DNA of 63,505 bases, filler included, from Octopus bimaculoides (lineage: Eukaryota): NCBI RefSeq assembly GCF_001194135.2. It is 4 parts of 3 records of this genome, joined end to end, with 100 filler letters (N's around TTAATTAATTAA, not from the genome) between each part and the next. Parts side by side here need not be neighbours in the genome. Positions count along the whole stretch, not along the records: positions 19,763 to 50,570 come from NC_068998.1; 3 more parts are not named here. The stretch is one strand, 5' to 3'. The notes beneath the pieces are model-generated. The model was not told the DNA's origin and did not search any database. It was given only the letters and a program-made list of their open reading frames with translations. Of this stretch, positions 23,661 through 39,280 are shown piece by piece (positions within the stretch are counted from its first letter, which is position 1; each line of letters opens with the position of its first letter). A program made the position numbers and the translations under genes.

Positions 23661-23687
23661 TTAGCTTCCTTTTTCTTTATTATTATT

Positions 23688-24048
23688 GCGGCTAGCTTAC
23701 GGGTATTTCGCCCGTCGCTACGTTCTGAGTTCAAATTCCGCCGAGGTCGACTTTGTCTTTCATCTTTCATCCATCGATAAATTAAGTACCAGTTACGCAC
23801 TGGGTCGATGTAATCGACTTAATCTCTTTGTCTCTTCTTGTTTATCTCCTCTATGTTTAGCCCCTAGTGGGCAATAAAGAAATAAGAAACGTTAGCGCGC
23901 TGGACGAAATGCTTAGCGGTATTTCGCCCATCGCTACGTTGTGAGTTCAAATTCCAGCGAGATCCACTTTACTTTTCATCCTTTAGGGGTCAATAAAATA
24001 AGCACCTATTCCCCCAAATTTGCTGCCCTTGTGGCAAAATTTGAAATC
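23688..24048 (+). mobile_element. Two head-to-tail family-1 SINE copies
   Basis: GGTATTTCGCCC(G/A)TCGCTACGTT(C/G)TGAGTTCAAATTCC occurs twice, and the two copies end in different 3' tails. Confidence 0.85.
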
Positions 24049-24737
24049 ACTGTTTACCTATATATTACAAGGTAATTGAATAACAATTTTCAGAATCTTT
24101 CTGACAGGAGTAATGAATAGAACACGTATGTTATAAATCCGACCAAATAAAAGTTTCATCTTGATAGAATGCTATATAAAATTTAAAAATTCCTGCAGTA
24201 ATCAGACTAAAATAGCAAAAGCCACGCATTGTTGAGGGTTCCCAATTGTTAGCCAAATTAAAGAATCCCTATAAAAAAAAACTGTGAGATTAGGAGAGAG
24301 GCGATGCGAAGAGCTGCTGAATTACAAAAGTGGAATATTTCACTTCCAAAAATGTCATTATATTAGCAATCAACAGAATTTAATTATCGACAAGTAACCT
24401 TTCCTGGAAAATTGATGCCAGAATGACTAGTTTTTTTGTTTTTTTTTTCGATATTACCATAATTTTTCATGCAAAATATAAAATGAGAAAGAGTTGCGTT
24501 TACGAAATCTATATGTTTGTATGTTGTTGAAGTAAATGTTTTCACTGCTGGAAAATATGTCTTCTGATAACTCCTCGACAACAAAATTCAAGTAAAACAG
24601 CTTTTCCAGCAAGCCTTGCTGTCATGTTGAGCGTTTAAACCGCATAGCAACACATTGTGCTTGTTATATTTAATTTTAGAACTCGACATTGATATCAACA
24701 GCAACAACCATAATAATAACACTACTACTACTACTAC

Positions 24738-24790
<53 letters not shown>

Positions 24791-27700
24791 GGAAAATGTG
24801 AAACGTAGTTTTGTCAATTAAATTTTTTTGAAAAACTACTGCAGTAATGAGTCGAATATGCATACATACACACACACACACACACAGACCAACGCGCGCG
24901 CGCTCGTATGCACATTCCAATCATAAGAGTCGTTGTGAGGTTTCTCAACCAACATTGATCATCTGACGGTTTTCTACTCATAAAATTTGAATTTGAAAGA
25001 AGTTATTTTCATTGAAACTAAAGGTGTATGTTAACTGACTACGGTTCTTTAAATTTTCTCTTGAAAGGGATGGATGAGACTGCATCAGAACTATAGAAGC
25101 GGAGTGACAGAATCCTTAAAATGTCGAATAGAGTGCCTGTCAGCAATTACTTCGATACTTTGAGTTCAAATCCTACTGAACTTAACTTTGATTTACAGAC
25201 TCTATTCAGGGCCAATTTAAGCAAAATTCGGAACAGAGGTGTCGTAGAATATCGAGATCGTCGGAGAGAAAATCTTTCCCGTATTTTCCACGGTCGAACA
25301 TATTTTAATTTCAAATCCTACCACGGTCTGTTAAATACATACTTTTAATTTTTTATCACGATTAAAACTACAACGTGGAACTTACTATACGCAAGTAGAG
25401 AGAACCACGTCTTCTACACGTCTAGGAGGCTCCGTAAAAGATCTGGGGTACTGAATCCTCTATCGAGGATACTGAATCCTCTAAAAATTGAATATATTGA
25501 AGATAAAATAAAATGTTTGAAAATTTTCTAAATCAGATATTAAACCGAACTAATTCTAGCAAGAATCATTGCTTATAACAAGCAGTTTTAGAACCATAAA
25601 TTATATTTTTAATATTTGGGAGCCTAAAGTGTAAAAGTTTTTTTTTCTTTTTTTACGCATCTCTTATATAGGGATAATCGATAAAGGAATTGAGAGTTAA
25701 GAAGTTAATATTCCGTATTGCTGAAAACTGACATAAATTTAACAGAAAAATATGTTAGTGTGGCCGTGTGCTTCAGAAAATTTCAGGTTGGTCGAGTAAA
25801 AGAAGAAAGAAATGGAAAAAGTCTTGCATACGTTGAAAATTTAAGAGTTAAACTAAATGAATTTAATCTTACGATGTAAGACTGAAAATATGAAGAAAAA
25901 ATGAAATCATTCTATGTCAAAAATAAATAGGAAATTAATGTGAAGACAAATTAATTTCCTGTAAAAATCATGTTTCCAAAAAGTCGTTATTGAATTTGTC
26001 ATATTTCTCTAACTCGAAAGACACCAGTCATTGTAAGCTTGTCTCCTTGAATACATTCTTACTGAACAAGTTGCACACAGCGTATAGAAGACACTCCCGG
26101 ATCACTATAATAGTTAGTTCATCGAACAAAGTATCTCAGCATTAAGATCTAATTCTGAATGTGTCATTAATTTTTATCAGTTCGATTCCCCAAAAAATAA
26201 TAGTGAAATGTCTTTTATTAAATCAATATATTTTTGTGAGAACACAGGTAAATCGGAACTAGAGATCTAAAACTTTAAAAACGAAATAATGACATTTTAA
26301 AGTTCTAAAACAAGAAACACACGTAAGATTTTAAAATATGCCTAGATAAAATAAATCCAATTAGTGAGTAAACTGTGTTCCTATACGGATCATTTCATAT
26401 ACAATAGCACTGGAGAATCAGCTTCTGTCATAATGAAGCACTTGAAATTCCTGCATCAATCATGTACGACTAGTGTCAATTTAGTCAACGTTTTAAAAGC
26501 CTCTAACTTGACATATCGACTGGATTTCAACAAACCAACGTAACTTTCAGAAAAGTTATTATTGGTAAATAATGTAATTTGATGTCTTCATTCTATTGAA
26601 AAACAAACACACTCAGAGAGTGTACCCGTATACATATATGTATGTATGTATGTATGTATGTATATGTGCGGTATATGTGAATATGCATATATTTATGCAT
26701 ACAAATACATGTATGTATGTATATATATATATATATACACATGTATAAATCGCACACACAAACGCATTTATACAGAGATGGAAGGAGGAGAAACAGACAG
26801 AGAGGGGGAAAGAGAGAATGAAAGAGAATGGGCACGTGTTAAGAGCACCTCTACATGTATTAAGAGCAGCTCTACATATTTTGCAAAGAAAGAAAACCGT
26901 AGTATGAAGCATGGTACTGTTGATGACATAAGGTGAGAAGGAGAGCTATATAAGAAATGTAACTTTGGAAACAATGTTTTCGCTATTCCCGCTTTTGATT
27001 TCACCAATCGAAACCGCCACTGATCGTGACTGCCTTTGGCCATGAACAGCATTTCCTCAAACATTGTGTCTGTATTTCTCGTTTATATAATGAACAGTTC
27101 ATTTTTCAAAGTGGCAGTATCTAATTTGAGAAGTTTTGTGTACTATTTCTAGTTAGCAAAGGGAACACAGAAAAGTCTCATTGGTGCCTCTGGATCGACT
27201 CGATAAGCGAGGGGGAGAGATATGGCAGAAGACTAGCATTTGATAATATAAATTTTGAATACATACAATCGTAGTTACCACAGCAGGTTTTTCAATAGGC
27301 GTCATGTATATAAAATTATCGGCTGTCGTGGCAATTTCACCATCTGCGATGGGTATTAAATTTGGATTCAGGCCTACATCAGTTCTTCAAGGAAGCATTT
27401 TATTGCATTGTTAACGCAAATGGAAAGCATCAGTGGTAACCGAACATCGAACTATACAGAGAGAGACTAATATATTATTGCATGACACCATAGGCAAGTG
27501 TCTTCTACTATAGTCTCGGACCGATCACAAACTTGTGAATAGATTTGGTAGCCGGAAACTGAAAGAAGCCTATCATATATATATGAAATGCAAAGTTGAC
27601 CAAGGCGGAATTTAAACTCAGAACGTAAAGACGACGAAAATGCCGCCAACATTTTGCGCATCGCAAGTTAACATTTCGGTCATAACGCCTTTCATCCCCA

Positions 27701-27892
27701 CTTCTCTCACTCTTTTCTTTTCTCTCTCTCTCTCTCTGTCTGTCTCTCTCTTTCTGTGTGTGCGTGTGTGTGCATATATATATAATATAAATACACATAC
27801 GTATGTGTGTCTCTCTCTCTCTATATATATATACATGCATAATCACATACCGACCTACATATAGATATATATATGCATGTGCACGTGTGCAA

Positions 27893-27934
<42 letters not shown>

Positions 27935-28256
27935 CTGCGTGTTATCGTTCATCGAAAGACAATGTTTTATGAAAACTATGAATCATAAAAATAATGTAAA
28001 CTAAACATCTATACGAAAGTGTATGGGAGTAGGCAAATACACCAAAGAAAAAAAGAAACGTAAATATATAAATTTAAACATATATATATATATATAGATA
28101 TATNNNNNNNNNNNNNNNNNNNNNNNNNNNNNNNNNNNNNNNNNNNNNNNNNNNNNNNNNNNNNNNNNNNNNNNNNNNNNNNNNNNNNNNNNNNNNNNNN
28201 NNNNNNNNNNNNNNNNNNNNNNNNNNNNNNNNNNNNNNNNNNNNNNNNNNNNNNNN

Positions 28257-28289
<33 letters not shown>

Positions 28290-29559
28290 GCACATAGATG
28301 CATACACTCACTTATAAATGGATAAATAGATTTACGATTGCGTTCGTTGACATAGTGAATACAATTGATTTTGGTGGTATTGAAACAAAATATAATTTCA
28401 TTTCTGCAAGGTAAGTAAATAGCAGTGCATTGTTCTCAGAGCAGACATTTTTCAAAAAGGACGTTGGATTTCCAAACACAATAGAATAATGATGGTAGAT
28501 CTGTATAATGAATTGATTTGCTGGGTAGCGATGGGCGGGGATTGTTATTGAAGCGTTTGGGCGTTTTTATTCAATTGTTGTTGTTGTTGTTTAGTTTGCG
28601 ATGGTGGTGATGAGTCTGGTTGTAGTTGTGGTGGTTGTGATGGTGATGGTAGTGCTTGCGTTCTTTATTTTTTGTTGCTCTTATCTTTTTTTCCTATTTT
28701 TTTTTCGCTCTAGGTGACTCTTAATCAAGCAGAACAATTATGAAAACCTTTCCGGCTGAGGTTATTTTGAATTTTCTATTAGCCCCGAGAACCTGGTACA
28801 TCATTGTACAAGTCTTTCTTTAGAAAACAGAAAGTGGTTAGTCTCAGATTTGAAGGGAATTTTTGTTGGTATTTTTAACATTTTGAGGGAACACGTACAG
28901 ACTTTTGCTGATAATGGTGAAGGCACTAATTTGTATGGATTTCTGTCTATGATTGGCTACCCTTATCGTAGTTCCTGATGCTGTTTTTCCCATATCAAAT
29001 CTAATGAAGCTATCCTACAATGATAAAATGCATCCATATTGTGACCACCACAAGGGAGACCAGAAAGACCGACTATCAAAAATTGTTAGTTATGGCTGCA
29101 CTGCAATTAATGTTGCAGGTGTGTTTCTGAGCAGAATATCTGGAGTCAATGAAACCGATGATGTAGTTCTTATTTCTATTTCTCTATGCCCTGGGTTTTT
29201 TTCCGCGCCTAGTGGCATAGAACATTCGTAATTGTACTTTAATATCATCCTTGAACTTTTATGTGCCTCTACAGGTTTGGAAGTGATTTTCACGTTTGTA
29301 CGTTGCAATATTATGGCGTCGAGTAAGGCTGCAGTAATAAAATTCCTTTCACATGTACTGATTGTTATTCTCTTATTAGTATGTTATCCTTGTATACATG
29401 ATGTGTAAATGTGAACTGAGTAAAAAGGTTGTATGTAGCTAAGTGTGTTGTGATAGGTTTTATTTTTTTCATTTTTCTATAACGCTTGTTGTATACGTTC
29501 CATATATGTTTCACTTACGTATGCTGTGTAGTGAGTTTTGTTAATTACGTTTGTCTTAT

Positions 29560-30780
29560 ATGTGCTATATGTGTTGCCGGTGTAAAACTTGATAGCGAGT
29601 GTCACTCTTACTCCAAACAGCAGTCTTTGAACTTGTACAATCCACAATGTGCGTGTTGATTGTTAGTAGTGGTGTGCAATCTTTCTCTAACTCAATTTGA
29701 ATGTATGCCTCTGAGAGGTCTAACTTCAACACAATTTTCCCTCCGTTTAGTTTAGCAAATAATTTTTCTGGGCTTGGAATTGGGTAATTGTGTGTGAATA
29801 CACAGTCGTTTAACCCGGCTGAGAAGTCTGCGCACACTCTTAGCTTATTAATATTTTACGTACACCGTGGGGCTGCCCAGTCTGAACCGTCAATCTTTTC
29901 AATTATATTCAAGCTTTCCAACCTTTCTAGTTCTTTATTGACCTGGTCTACCGCCGCAAACGGCACGTTCCGTTTTGGCCTGAAAATAGGTGTTGAATTT
30001 TCTTTAGTAGCAATCTTTGCTTTTCTTTTCAAGCAACAGCCTAAACCTTCCGAAAAATCTTTTGGGAAAATTACTTTCCTTTTTGTCTCAGTTCATCGAT
30101 CTCGTTCGATCGTGTGACTGCTCCGTTTACGTTATTTCACAAAACGCTTCTAGGTGTATCCCATAAATTAGATTTCTCCATACATTCGGTGCCAAATAAA
30201 TTCATGGATTTTTTTTCAACACATAAACCTTCACTTTTTTAGTTCGACCTTTGAACGTTATACTGCAAACGCGTTCTCTCGTGAAATATAATTTTCTTCC
30301 CGTAACACCGTACGTTATTTTGTTTGAACTACATAATTTTGGTTTACCTATTTGTTCTTAAGTAAGCATATCTAACCTAAACCTTTCATATTCTTTGTTG
30401 ATTGCCTGTGTAAGTAATGAAGACTTCATCTTCGCTCTTTTCTTTGGTTAAACATTTTCATCTAGTATAAAACAGTGAGCTCTTTTCACTAAACATTTTG
30501 CACAAAATATCAAAGGTGAACTTTATATCGGACACTTTTTGTGGGGCAATATGAATTTACTATACTAATCATGCTCTGCTGTCATTAGTTTTCTTAAAAC
30601 TAGACGCGTTTTCATTTCATTCGTCCAATCCTGACATACTTTTTCAAAAATGTATAGAAATCTTCGACGGTACGCCTCGAATGTTACTCCTTTTTCGGGG
30701 TCAGATTTGAATTTACTGATGGAAATTGCTACATCGTCACGTGAAAATGCATTCTCTGGTTTGTTTATCAACTTCATCAG
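29560..30780 (-). mobile_element. Ty3/Gypsy LTR retrotransposon remnant: gag plus RT N-terminal half
   Basis: gag FKSDPEKGVTFEAY...KTRLVLRKL..EHD; RT FRPKRNVPFAA..VNKELERLE...DWAAP...CADFSAGLND..HNYPIPSPEKLFAKLNGGK..KLDLSEAY. It has stops and frameshifts, and no protease or LTR was seen. Confidence 0.9.
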
Positions 30781-30930
30781 TTCTGCGTTCTAATTTCGTC
30801 GAGGTCGGGTTTCCCTTTCATCTTTTTGGGATCGATAAAATAAGTTCTAGTTAGGCACACGGTTCGATGTAACCGACTTTCCTCCTCCTTCGAAAATTGC
30901 TGGCTTTGTGCTAAAATATGAAACCACTAT
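30781..30930 (+). mobile_element. 5'-truncated family-1 SINE followed by (TAT)n to about 31035
   Basis: GAGGTCGGGTTTCCCTTTCATCTTTTTGGGATCGATAAAATAAG...AAAATTGCTGGCTTTGTGCTAAAATATGAAACC. Confidence 0.75.
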
Positions 30931-30950
30931 TATTATTATTGGCGTTGTAT

Positions 30951-31036
<86 letters not shown>

Positions 31037-34000
31037 GTAGTTGCTTTGCATATATAAATTTATCAAGACGTTAAAATAAAGTGAATGAAATATGAAATAC
31101 TATTAAAATATATCAGAAATATTTCTCCTAATCAATATAGAATTAATAGTCTAAATAATTTTTATTCGGAAATAAAATCTCATTTGGAGGGCAAAAGTTT
31201 TGCAAAACGAAGCTATAAATTCCAATAAAACACGTATACACACTCATACACACACACACACATACACACACACACATCCTCACACATACGCAAACACACT
31301 CGAACACAGACATATACAAAGACACACATAGGCTTAAACATGAACATGCCCACATATACATTGCTCAACAAACACACGCACACATAATCACACACACACA
31401 CACACACACATACACACGCACACACATGCACACAAAAAGGATATTCTCAACACCATCATCAAAATCGTCATTATTATTACTATTATTGTTGTTATTGTTA
31501 GTATATTGTCGCAGTTGTTGTTATTGTTGTTGTATTCGATAACGATATGAGTGTTGTTGTTGCTGCTCCTGCTGCTTATCGTCGTCTTCGTTGTTGTTGT
31601 CGATAATGTTGTTCTTATTGTTGTTATTACTATTATTGATAATATTATGGCGAGAAAAATAAATATCAAAAAACACAGAAGGAAGCCAAACTGACATTTC
31701 CAATATAATTTTGTTTAAGTAATGAATAATTCTCGAAATTATATGAATTTATTTTTTTAATGTATTTATATATTCAGACATCTCATAAATGAGCTAATTT
31801 ATCAAAATCTGTTCCAACTGGTGCAAAAGCAGAGCAATTATGCCACTGTATTCCATAGTATTTAAATTATGCAGGATGTAATGTAGAATATTGCAATAAA
31901 ATTGACGTAAGAGGAGAAGATAGAAATTGTATACAATACAATATATAAATTATTTCAAAATGAAAGTTAGAATTAGCAATTACATCTCCCACCTTTCAAA
32001 TCACGCCATATTATTTTAAAACAAGGTGGAACAGCATTTTAATTGAACATTAATTAGCATTATACTCACAGGTCTCGGAGGGTTTATAAATATGTTAGGC
32101 ATAGCCCTTTCCTCCTGACGCAGCAGGAAAAAGTTGAAATTATATATCAAAGTGCTCATTAACAGTACCAAGGTTCGAAAAGTCTTGGGCAATGCTCCTT
32201 CCTGAAGGCTCACCAATCTAATTAAAATATTTTAATGTACATACCATTAAGTTCTTAGGTAACCGTAAGGGTTTGGGGTCGTATTGCTTATGACTTTTAT
32301 CATATTGTTTATTATGTCCTGTTTGTCATAGTGTTAGAAAACAACAATGCCACAGAACGTTACTGGATAGTAAGCCCAAGGCTTTGTCGAGCATGCTAAA
32401 TATAACAGCTATGTTCTTCTCACTTTAATTCACAGCTTTTCATCTTAAAAAAATAGGAACGAGGGACGACGCATATGTAATTGTAGTCCTAGATACACAA
32501 TGTTTCAGCAATATGAAGTGGTTACGTTTGTAATGGATTTTTGCATATGTTTGTTCGCCGATTGATCTGGAGCATGCAAAAGGCAACAATGTTGGTGACG
32601 ATGACGAGTATTGTTTAGACTTTTGACGACTCTGACAGAGTAGGGTCACAGCGGGATTTGAAATCAAGGAGGAGAAACACGAAAAGAATAACTGAAGACA
32701 CTCATTCTGAAGTAGTCACGCTTTCGCCAATTCATTGCGTTATGTAACTAGTTAATATCTCGTTGCTCACACCTGACCATCGTCCATCTTTTCTTTTCTC
32801 ACGTGACCATCTTTCTTTTCCTGTACGGACGTTTAAAGGAATGGACATGTTTTCTCTCAATCTCTCTCGTCTATCGTTTCTCTTTTCAAAAAACTGTTTC
32901 TGCCAGCATTCACTATTTCCCCTTCGTTCTTGTCTAACGACCGTCCATGATTGTTTTGGTTCGGTTTCCTTGTATGTCTCCAATGTCATTTTTTTCTTCC
33001 CAACCTTGGCCAGTCATAAATCCGGAATTTTACTTTAGAACTTATGGGAGCAACTGTCTTTGAAGTCTGATATTGTCATTGAATGCACGAAATGAGGAGT
33101 AAATAGACAGCCGACAACTGATGAAGGGTCTTTTCTCTGTGTTTCCTTGTCCTGTTTTCCATGTTTAGTCGTTCACGTATTTCTCTGGTTTTTCCCCTCG
33201 TTTGTTTACGTATTTCATGTTATTTGCACTGCTGGTGACTTCCTGTACCCATATATGCATATATATATATATATATATATATATANNNNNNNNNNNNNNN
33301 NNNNNNNNNNNNNNNNNNNNNNNNNNNNNNNNNNNNNNNNNNNNNNNNNNNNNNNNNNNNNNNNNNNNNNNNNNNNNNNNNNNNNNNATATATAAATTTA
33401 TCCTATAGTGTCATTTATTTGAAACATCAGAGTATCATTGGAGGGACGTGTGGTTACTATTTCTGTGAAGTTCCAGTAAAAAACCTAGCAGGCTCCTTTT
33501 CGTTATTCAACTAAAAGGAAATACATCTTACATCTGACGTTTATAAAACTGAGTTCAGTTTTGCCCGGAAGGTTGGCTGTGATTTACCAGCTTCCTGTTC
33601 AACGAAGAGACAGATTTTATTTTTCTCTCTCTCTTACTCTCTTTCTTTCTTTCCTTCTCACATTCCCTCACTCACTTACTCGCTTACTTTTCCTCACTTT
33701 TATGTTATATTTCTGAAATCCAGTGATAAGCAGCATTGACTCTGTGGATCATCATGATTCTACAAAAAAGGAAAACAATAACAGCTTTGGAAATTTCTAC
33801 GAAGGATACGATTGAAATGGCTATTGTTTTTAATACCACGTGTCTGCTAGTTTTAAATAATGCACATATCATCACTAGAACAGAAGCTGTCAATTCACAG
33901 GAAATTGGTTAGCAGACATCATTTCGTTAATACTAACAACAAAACATTAGAGGAATTTGTTGGAAACCATCAATAACATCGTTCTAAATTGCAAAAATAA

Positions 34001-34182
34001 TGCTGGTTGTGCATTAAAAGTAATGCATTAAAATTATTGGTAGTGGAAACGTTGGCGGTGGGTAGACATGTCAATGTTGCGTTGGCGGTGGTGACGGTGA
34101 TGGAGATTGTAAGGGTGGCGTAGGTGATGATGATGATAATGTTAGTATTGTTTTTTTCTGCGTGTATGTCTGTTTGTATATC

Positions 34183-34232
<50 letters not shown>

Positions 34233-35234
34233 CGTGTGTGTGTGTGTGTGTGTGTCTATGCGTGAGTCAGTTTTTGTTTGTGTATTTCCTTTATTTCCAA
34301 TATTTTAAGCAATTCAGATTTTTAAACGTTTGTTCTATAACATTTCTAACTTGCTAAATGCTGCTTACATACATGCATATATGCTTACATAGATATATAC
34401 ATACATGCAATCCTACATAAACACATGCATGAATACATGTAAATGTGCTTAAATAAAACACGCATGTACATAAATACTCATATATATGCAATTGGTTGGG
34501 AAGTGTGTATAAGGGAAAATTTTGAAAAAAATCGGTTATAGATAAATATTGAATATAAAGATGACATAAATCACATTAACTATTAATCATGAAAGAAGCC
34601 GAAACTCGTCTCTAGTTTGCGTTAGCATAGTTAGAGTTTACTCAGAGGGATAATTAGTAAGCAGGTAAGAAAGGTGTAAAAAAATGACGAGTTCATCGCC
34701 AATTCTTCGCGCGCTCTGACGCACGAGAAAAGATGATAAGGTCACGTTTCGGACAACGGTTTTCCGTCTTGGACTGGCATTAAGTAGAAAGCAAAAACGA
34801 AAAGTGAGAGCGGTTTGCTACAAAGGAGTGATAAAAAGAGTTAGTGAAATATCGAAAATGTTTTTCGAAGAAGAATGAAATGAGGTTTGTGTGGAAATAT
34901 GCGTAGGTGATGAAATTGTGATGGAGGTGGTTGAAAGGAAACATAACCAAATATATCTATATCAGCGAGATTTTGTGAATAAGAAGTGAATCTGTTTGAG
35001 ATATGTACGAAGGTACGCGTGTCATATAAGTAGTATGAGCCGAAAACGAAAATGCTAAAAGTTAGCTCAAATCCTTTTGCATCGAATATCGTTAAAAGTT
35101 TCCAGAAACTGCGACTGATTTTTGGAGTGCAGCTTAAGCCACATGCCTGTCTTTTAAACCAGGGTAGCCGTATCGATGTTTGCGCTGGCAGTGCTGATGG
35201 ACATGGTAATGGAGAAGTATATGCATATACATAT

Positions 35235-35293
<59 letters not shown>

Positions 35294-35784
35294 NNNNNNN
35301 NNNNNNNNNNNNNNNNNNNNNNNNNNNNNNNNNNNNNNNNNNNNNNNNNNNNNNNNNNNNNNNNNNNNNNNNNNNNNNNNNNNNNNNNNNNNNNNNNNNN
35401 NNNNNNNNNNNNNNNNNNNNNNNNNNNNNNNNNNNNNNNNNNNNNNNNNNNNNNNNNNNNNNNNNNNNNNNNNNNNNNNNNNNNNNNNNNNNNNNNNNNN
35501 NNNNNNNNNNNNNNNNNNNNNNNNNNNNNNNNNNNNNNNNNNNNNNNNNNNNNNNNNNNNNNNNNNNNNNNNNNNNNNNNNNNNNNNNNNNNNNNNNNNN
35601 NNNNNNNNNNNNNNNNNNNNNNNNNNNNNNNNNNNNNNNNNNNNNNNNNNNNNNNNNNNNNNNNNNNNNNNNNNNNNNNNNNNNNNNNNNNNNNNNNNNN
35701 NNNNNNNNNNNNNNNNNNNNNNNNNNNNNNNNNNNNNNNNNNNNNNNNNNNNNNNNNNNNNNNNNNNNNNNNNNNNNNNNNNNN

Positions 35785-35872
<88 letters not shown>

Positions 35873-37712
35873 GAGATGTATTCCAGTATGGTAAGATATT
35901 GAGGAGTAGAAAGAGACAGGTTATATAAACATCGTGCCAGGTATTTGACAGCTATGCTAGCGCCCTGAAGTCTCTAAGGAGAATTGAAATTGTTATAGTC
36001 CAGGTATGCTCTGATAGCTATTCAGTAAATTTGGCTTCAACTCAAAACAATATTCATAAGAACTTGCGCAGTGTTTATATAAACATAATAAATAAGGCGA
36101 AATGCTGTATGATGCAATGTATTGTACGGTGACGTGGCCGAAACGTGAGAGCCTTTTAATCCATTATTTACGGTATAGCAACGAATGTTAATATTCTGTC
36201 ATGTAAAGAGTTCGTTTTCCTGTGGTTAATTTTATCAGCACATAGTAGCATTTAAGAATGTTGAAACATGAAAATATAACTGAGTGTCTGAGACACATAT
36301 TCTTTGTGTTGCTTGCAAACAATTCCTGTGAAGGGAGAGAACCGTTATTGTGTATACTTGTGTTTCTGTGGATGCTTATGAGTATATAAATACGTAACTA
36401 ATTTTCTTTATATTCTCTGATCTCAAATTTATGAGTGTCTGATTTAGTTATTTGCTCAGAGGTGTGATATTGCATGTCTGTTACATTGGCATGTCTCGAA
36501 AAGGCGTTTTGTCTTAGACAAAGGTTAAGTTTATGTGTCTCATATCATCATCCGTCCTTAGAACATTTCAACGTTTAATATTCATTAAAAATGTAGATTT
36601 GTATCTTCGTTATATACCACGTATCTGTGATGGCTTCCGAAGCAAAAACAAAATATACTTACAATGTGTTTAATGCATCACAGTTTGAGCTTTAAAACAT
36701 GTACAACAACTAATTCAAACTACAAGCTTTAATGTAAATTATGTATGTTATATTAGCAAATCATGCAGACAAGACCAGTGTCATACGGTATGCACATGAA
36801 TGTCATCGTCACAGCTAACTTTAACTTTGATTTAAACAGAGAGTGACTAAAAGCTCTCTTCACGACCAGGAAAAATGAGCGAAACTTAGCTTCTGATGGT
36901 CGATCAAATAAATATTGAGTCACCTCAGAACAACCTCATACATTGTTCTGTACTCAAAAACAAGGATAAAATGTATTTACAGCTGTCTACATTTTGATGG
37001 CAAACGCAGTAATGGAATATATTGTTAGATTAATTTAGAATTTATCTTCGCACCCTGATTTCCACTTTGTTGAACTTCAATATTGTCTTTCTTTCATCTC
37101 ATCCCCAGCAATCACTCGGTGCGAAAATTTGTTCGTGTACTACAAATAAGTTTAGACGTGTGTTTGATGTAAGAAGTAGTATTTTAATTTAACTATCTTG
37201 ATGTATTCTTATGCTACGTATACATATGCTTGCATATATATATATATATATATATANNNNNNNNNNNNNNNNNNNNNNNNNNNNNNNNNNNNNNNNNNNN
37301 NNNNNNNNNNNNNNNNNNNNNNNNNNNNNNNNNNNNNNNNNNNNNNNNNNNNNNNNNNNNNNNNNNNNNNNNNNNNNNNNNNNNNNNNNNNNNNNNNNNN
37401 NNNNNNNNNNNNNNNNNNNNNNNNNNNNNNNNNNNNNNNNNNNNNNNNNNNNNNNNNNNNNNNNNNNNNNNNNNNNNNNNNNNNNNNNNNNNNNNNNNNN
37501 NNNNNNNNNNNNNNNNNNNNNNNNNNNNNNNNNNNNNNNNNNNNNNNNNNNNNNNNNNNNNNNNNNNNNNNNNNNNNNNNNNNNNNNNNNNNNNNNNNNN
37601 NNNNNNNNNNNNNNNNNNNNNNNNNNNNNNNNNNNNNNNNNNNNNNNNNNNNNNNNNNNNNNNNNNNNNNNNNNNNNNNNNNNNTATATATATATATATA
37701 TATATATATATG

Positions 37713-37878
37713 GGCGCAGGAGTGGCTGTGTGGTCTTGCTTACCAACCACATATTTCCGTGTTCAGTCCCACTGCGTGGCACTTTGATGTCTTGGGCGGG
37801 TGTTTTCTATTATAGCCTCGAGCTTACCGAAGCCTTGTGAGTGGATTCGGTAGACGGAAACTGAAAGAAACTTGTCGT
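37713..37878 (+). mobile_element. Family-2 tRNA-SINE 5' module
   Basis: GGCGCAGGAGTGGCTGTGTGG...GGTAGACGGAAACTGAAAG followed by (TA)n. Confidence 0.85.
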
Positions 37879-38072
37879 ATATATATATGCTGTTGTGTTT
37901 TGTTGTCTGCCGCTCATTATGTAACCCAATTTGCGATGCTCAATCCGTATTACTCGTACGTAGTATGAAACTCCGAGTTGCCCTGGAATGAATTATCGGC
38001 AACGAAACAATAAAATAAAGTTCACTACATCTATGAAGCAGTTGATTTCTGTTGATTTACCAAAATATATAC

Positions 38073-38168
38073 ATGTCACAATATTGTGAAAAACATTTCA
38101 AAGAGGAGGATAGCAATAACAGACATTCCTTAAATTCCTTAATGTTCCAATCTGTCTCCATTATTTAA
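38073..38168 (+). mobile_element. Possible decayed THAP-domain fragment (P-element-like)
   Basis: MSQYCEKHFKEED...SLNSLMFQSVSII resembles the THAP C..HF..ED...L...AVP.IF motif. The N-terminal C-x-C, P and W residues were not found. Confidence 0.3.
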
Positions 38169-38636
38169 AAAATATAATACGCCTTTGATCGTAGGAAAAC
38201 CAGCTATTAATTCTAGCAAAGCAGGTAACTACAATGAAGAACCATGTCATGAGTTTTGTTATTTATTTTTTTATAGGAGGGAAAGAAAAGTAAATCAGTA
38301 GAAAGATTTGAAAACCCGGTCTAAATATATAAAATCTAAAGGTATTAACTTCCGGCCTCCCTATTTGACCAGCGAAAGAATTGTTGGAATAAAGTTGAAT
38401 GGCGCTCCTACATGTTGCAAAACAATATTCCCTCAAGTTTACTCAAATACTTAGCATCTGTCAGAAGCTACTTAGATGAAATTTAAATAATAGTGTGAAC
38501 TGAATCAACCGAACATACACTGTTACAACCCACAAACAACCCACATAGCCATGCGCACCATATACAGACACTCAAAAACACACACACGCACATACGCATA
38601 TATATGCGTTTGTGTATGTGTGTGTATGTATGTGTG

Positions 38637-38713
<77 letters not shown>

Positions 38714-39000
38714 ATAAAAGTATATCTCCCTTTATGTAAGTCAGAAAATTATAGCTAGTGCATGTATATATCTTGATGTGTACACACACGCACACACATG
38801 CACACACACACACACACACATAGACACACGCACGCACACACATACACACTTGTGTGAGGGAAAATCTGTACATGTAGAAATACCTTAAATGTTTATTGTT
38901 GTTCTGCGAAAATTTCCCCTTAAAACTCCGAGTTGTTCTCGTAACTCCTGAATAATCATATTCACTAACTGATATCTTGCAGCGAAGGACGAACCAAGCA

Positions 39001-39081
<81 letters not shown>

Positions 39082-39116
39082 AATGGATGGGAGGACAGAG
39101 ATAGACAGACATAGAC

Positions 39117-39147
<31 letters not shown>

Positions 39148-39214
39148 AGAATGCAAGCACAGACAGAGAGAGATAGACAGACAGACACACGTAGAGACAA
39201 ATGGATGGGCGCAC

Positions 39215-39271
<57 letters not shown>

Positions 39272-39280
39272 CAGAGACAG
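39001..39280. repeat. Compound (GA)n/(GACA)n/(GATA)n microsatellite
   Basis: Read directly; it explains ORFs 38523-39338, 38885-39214 and 38965-39216. Confidence 0.95.

Noticed and set aside
34735-34790. Second hammerhead on the minus strand (stem CGGA/TCCG then GAAACGT)
   Set aside because: The core reads TCCAAGA, position 17 is G, and stem I is absent. At most a dead relic. The same holds for GGCCGAAACGTG at about 36137 and the lone CTGATGAAG at about 33118.
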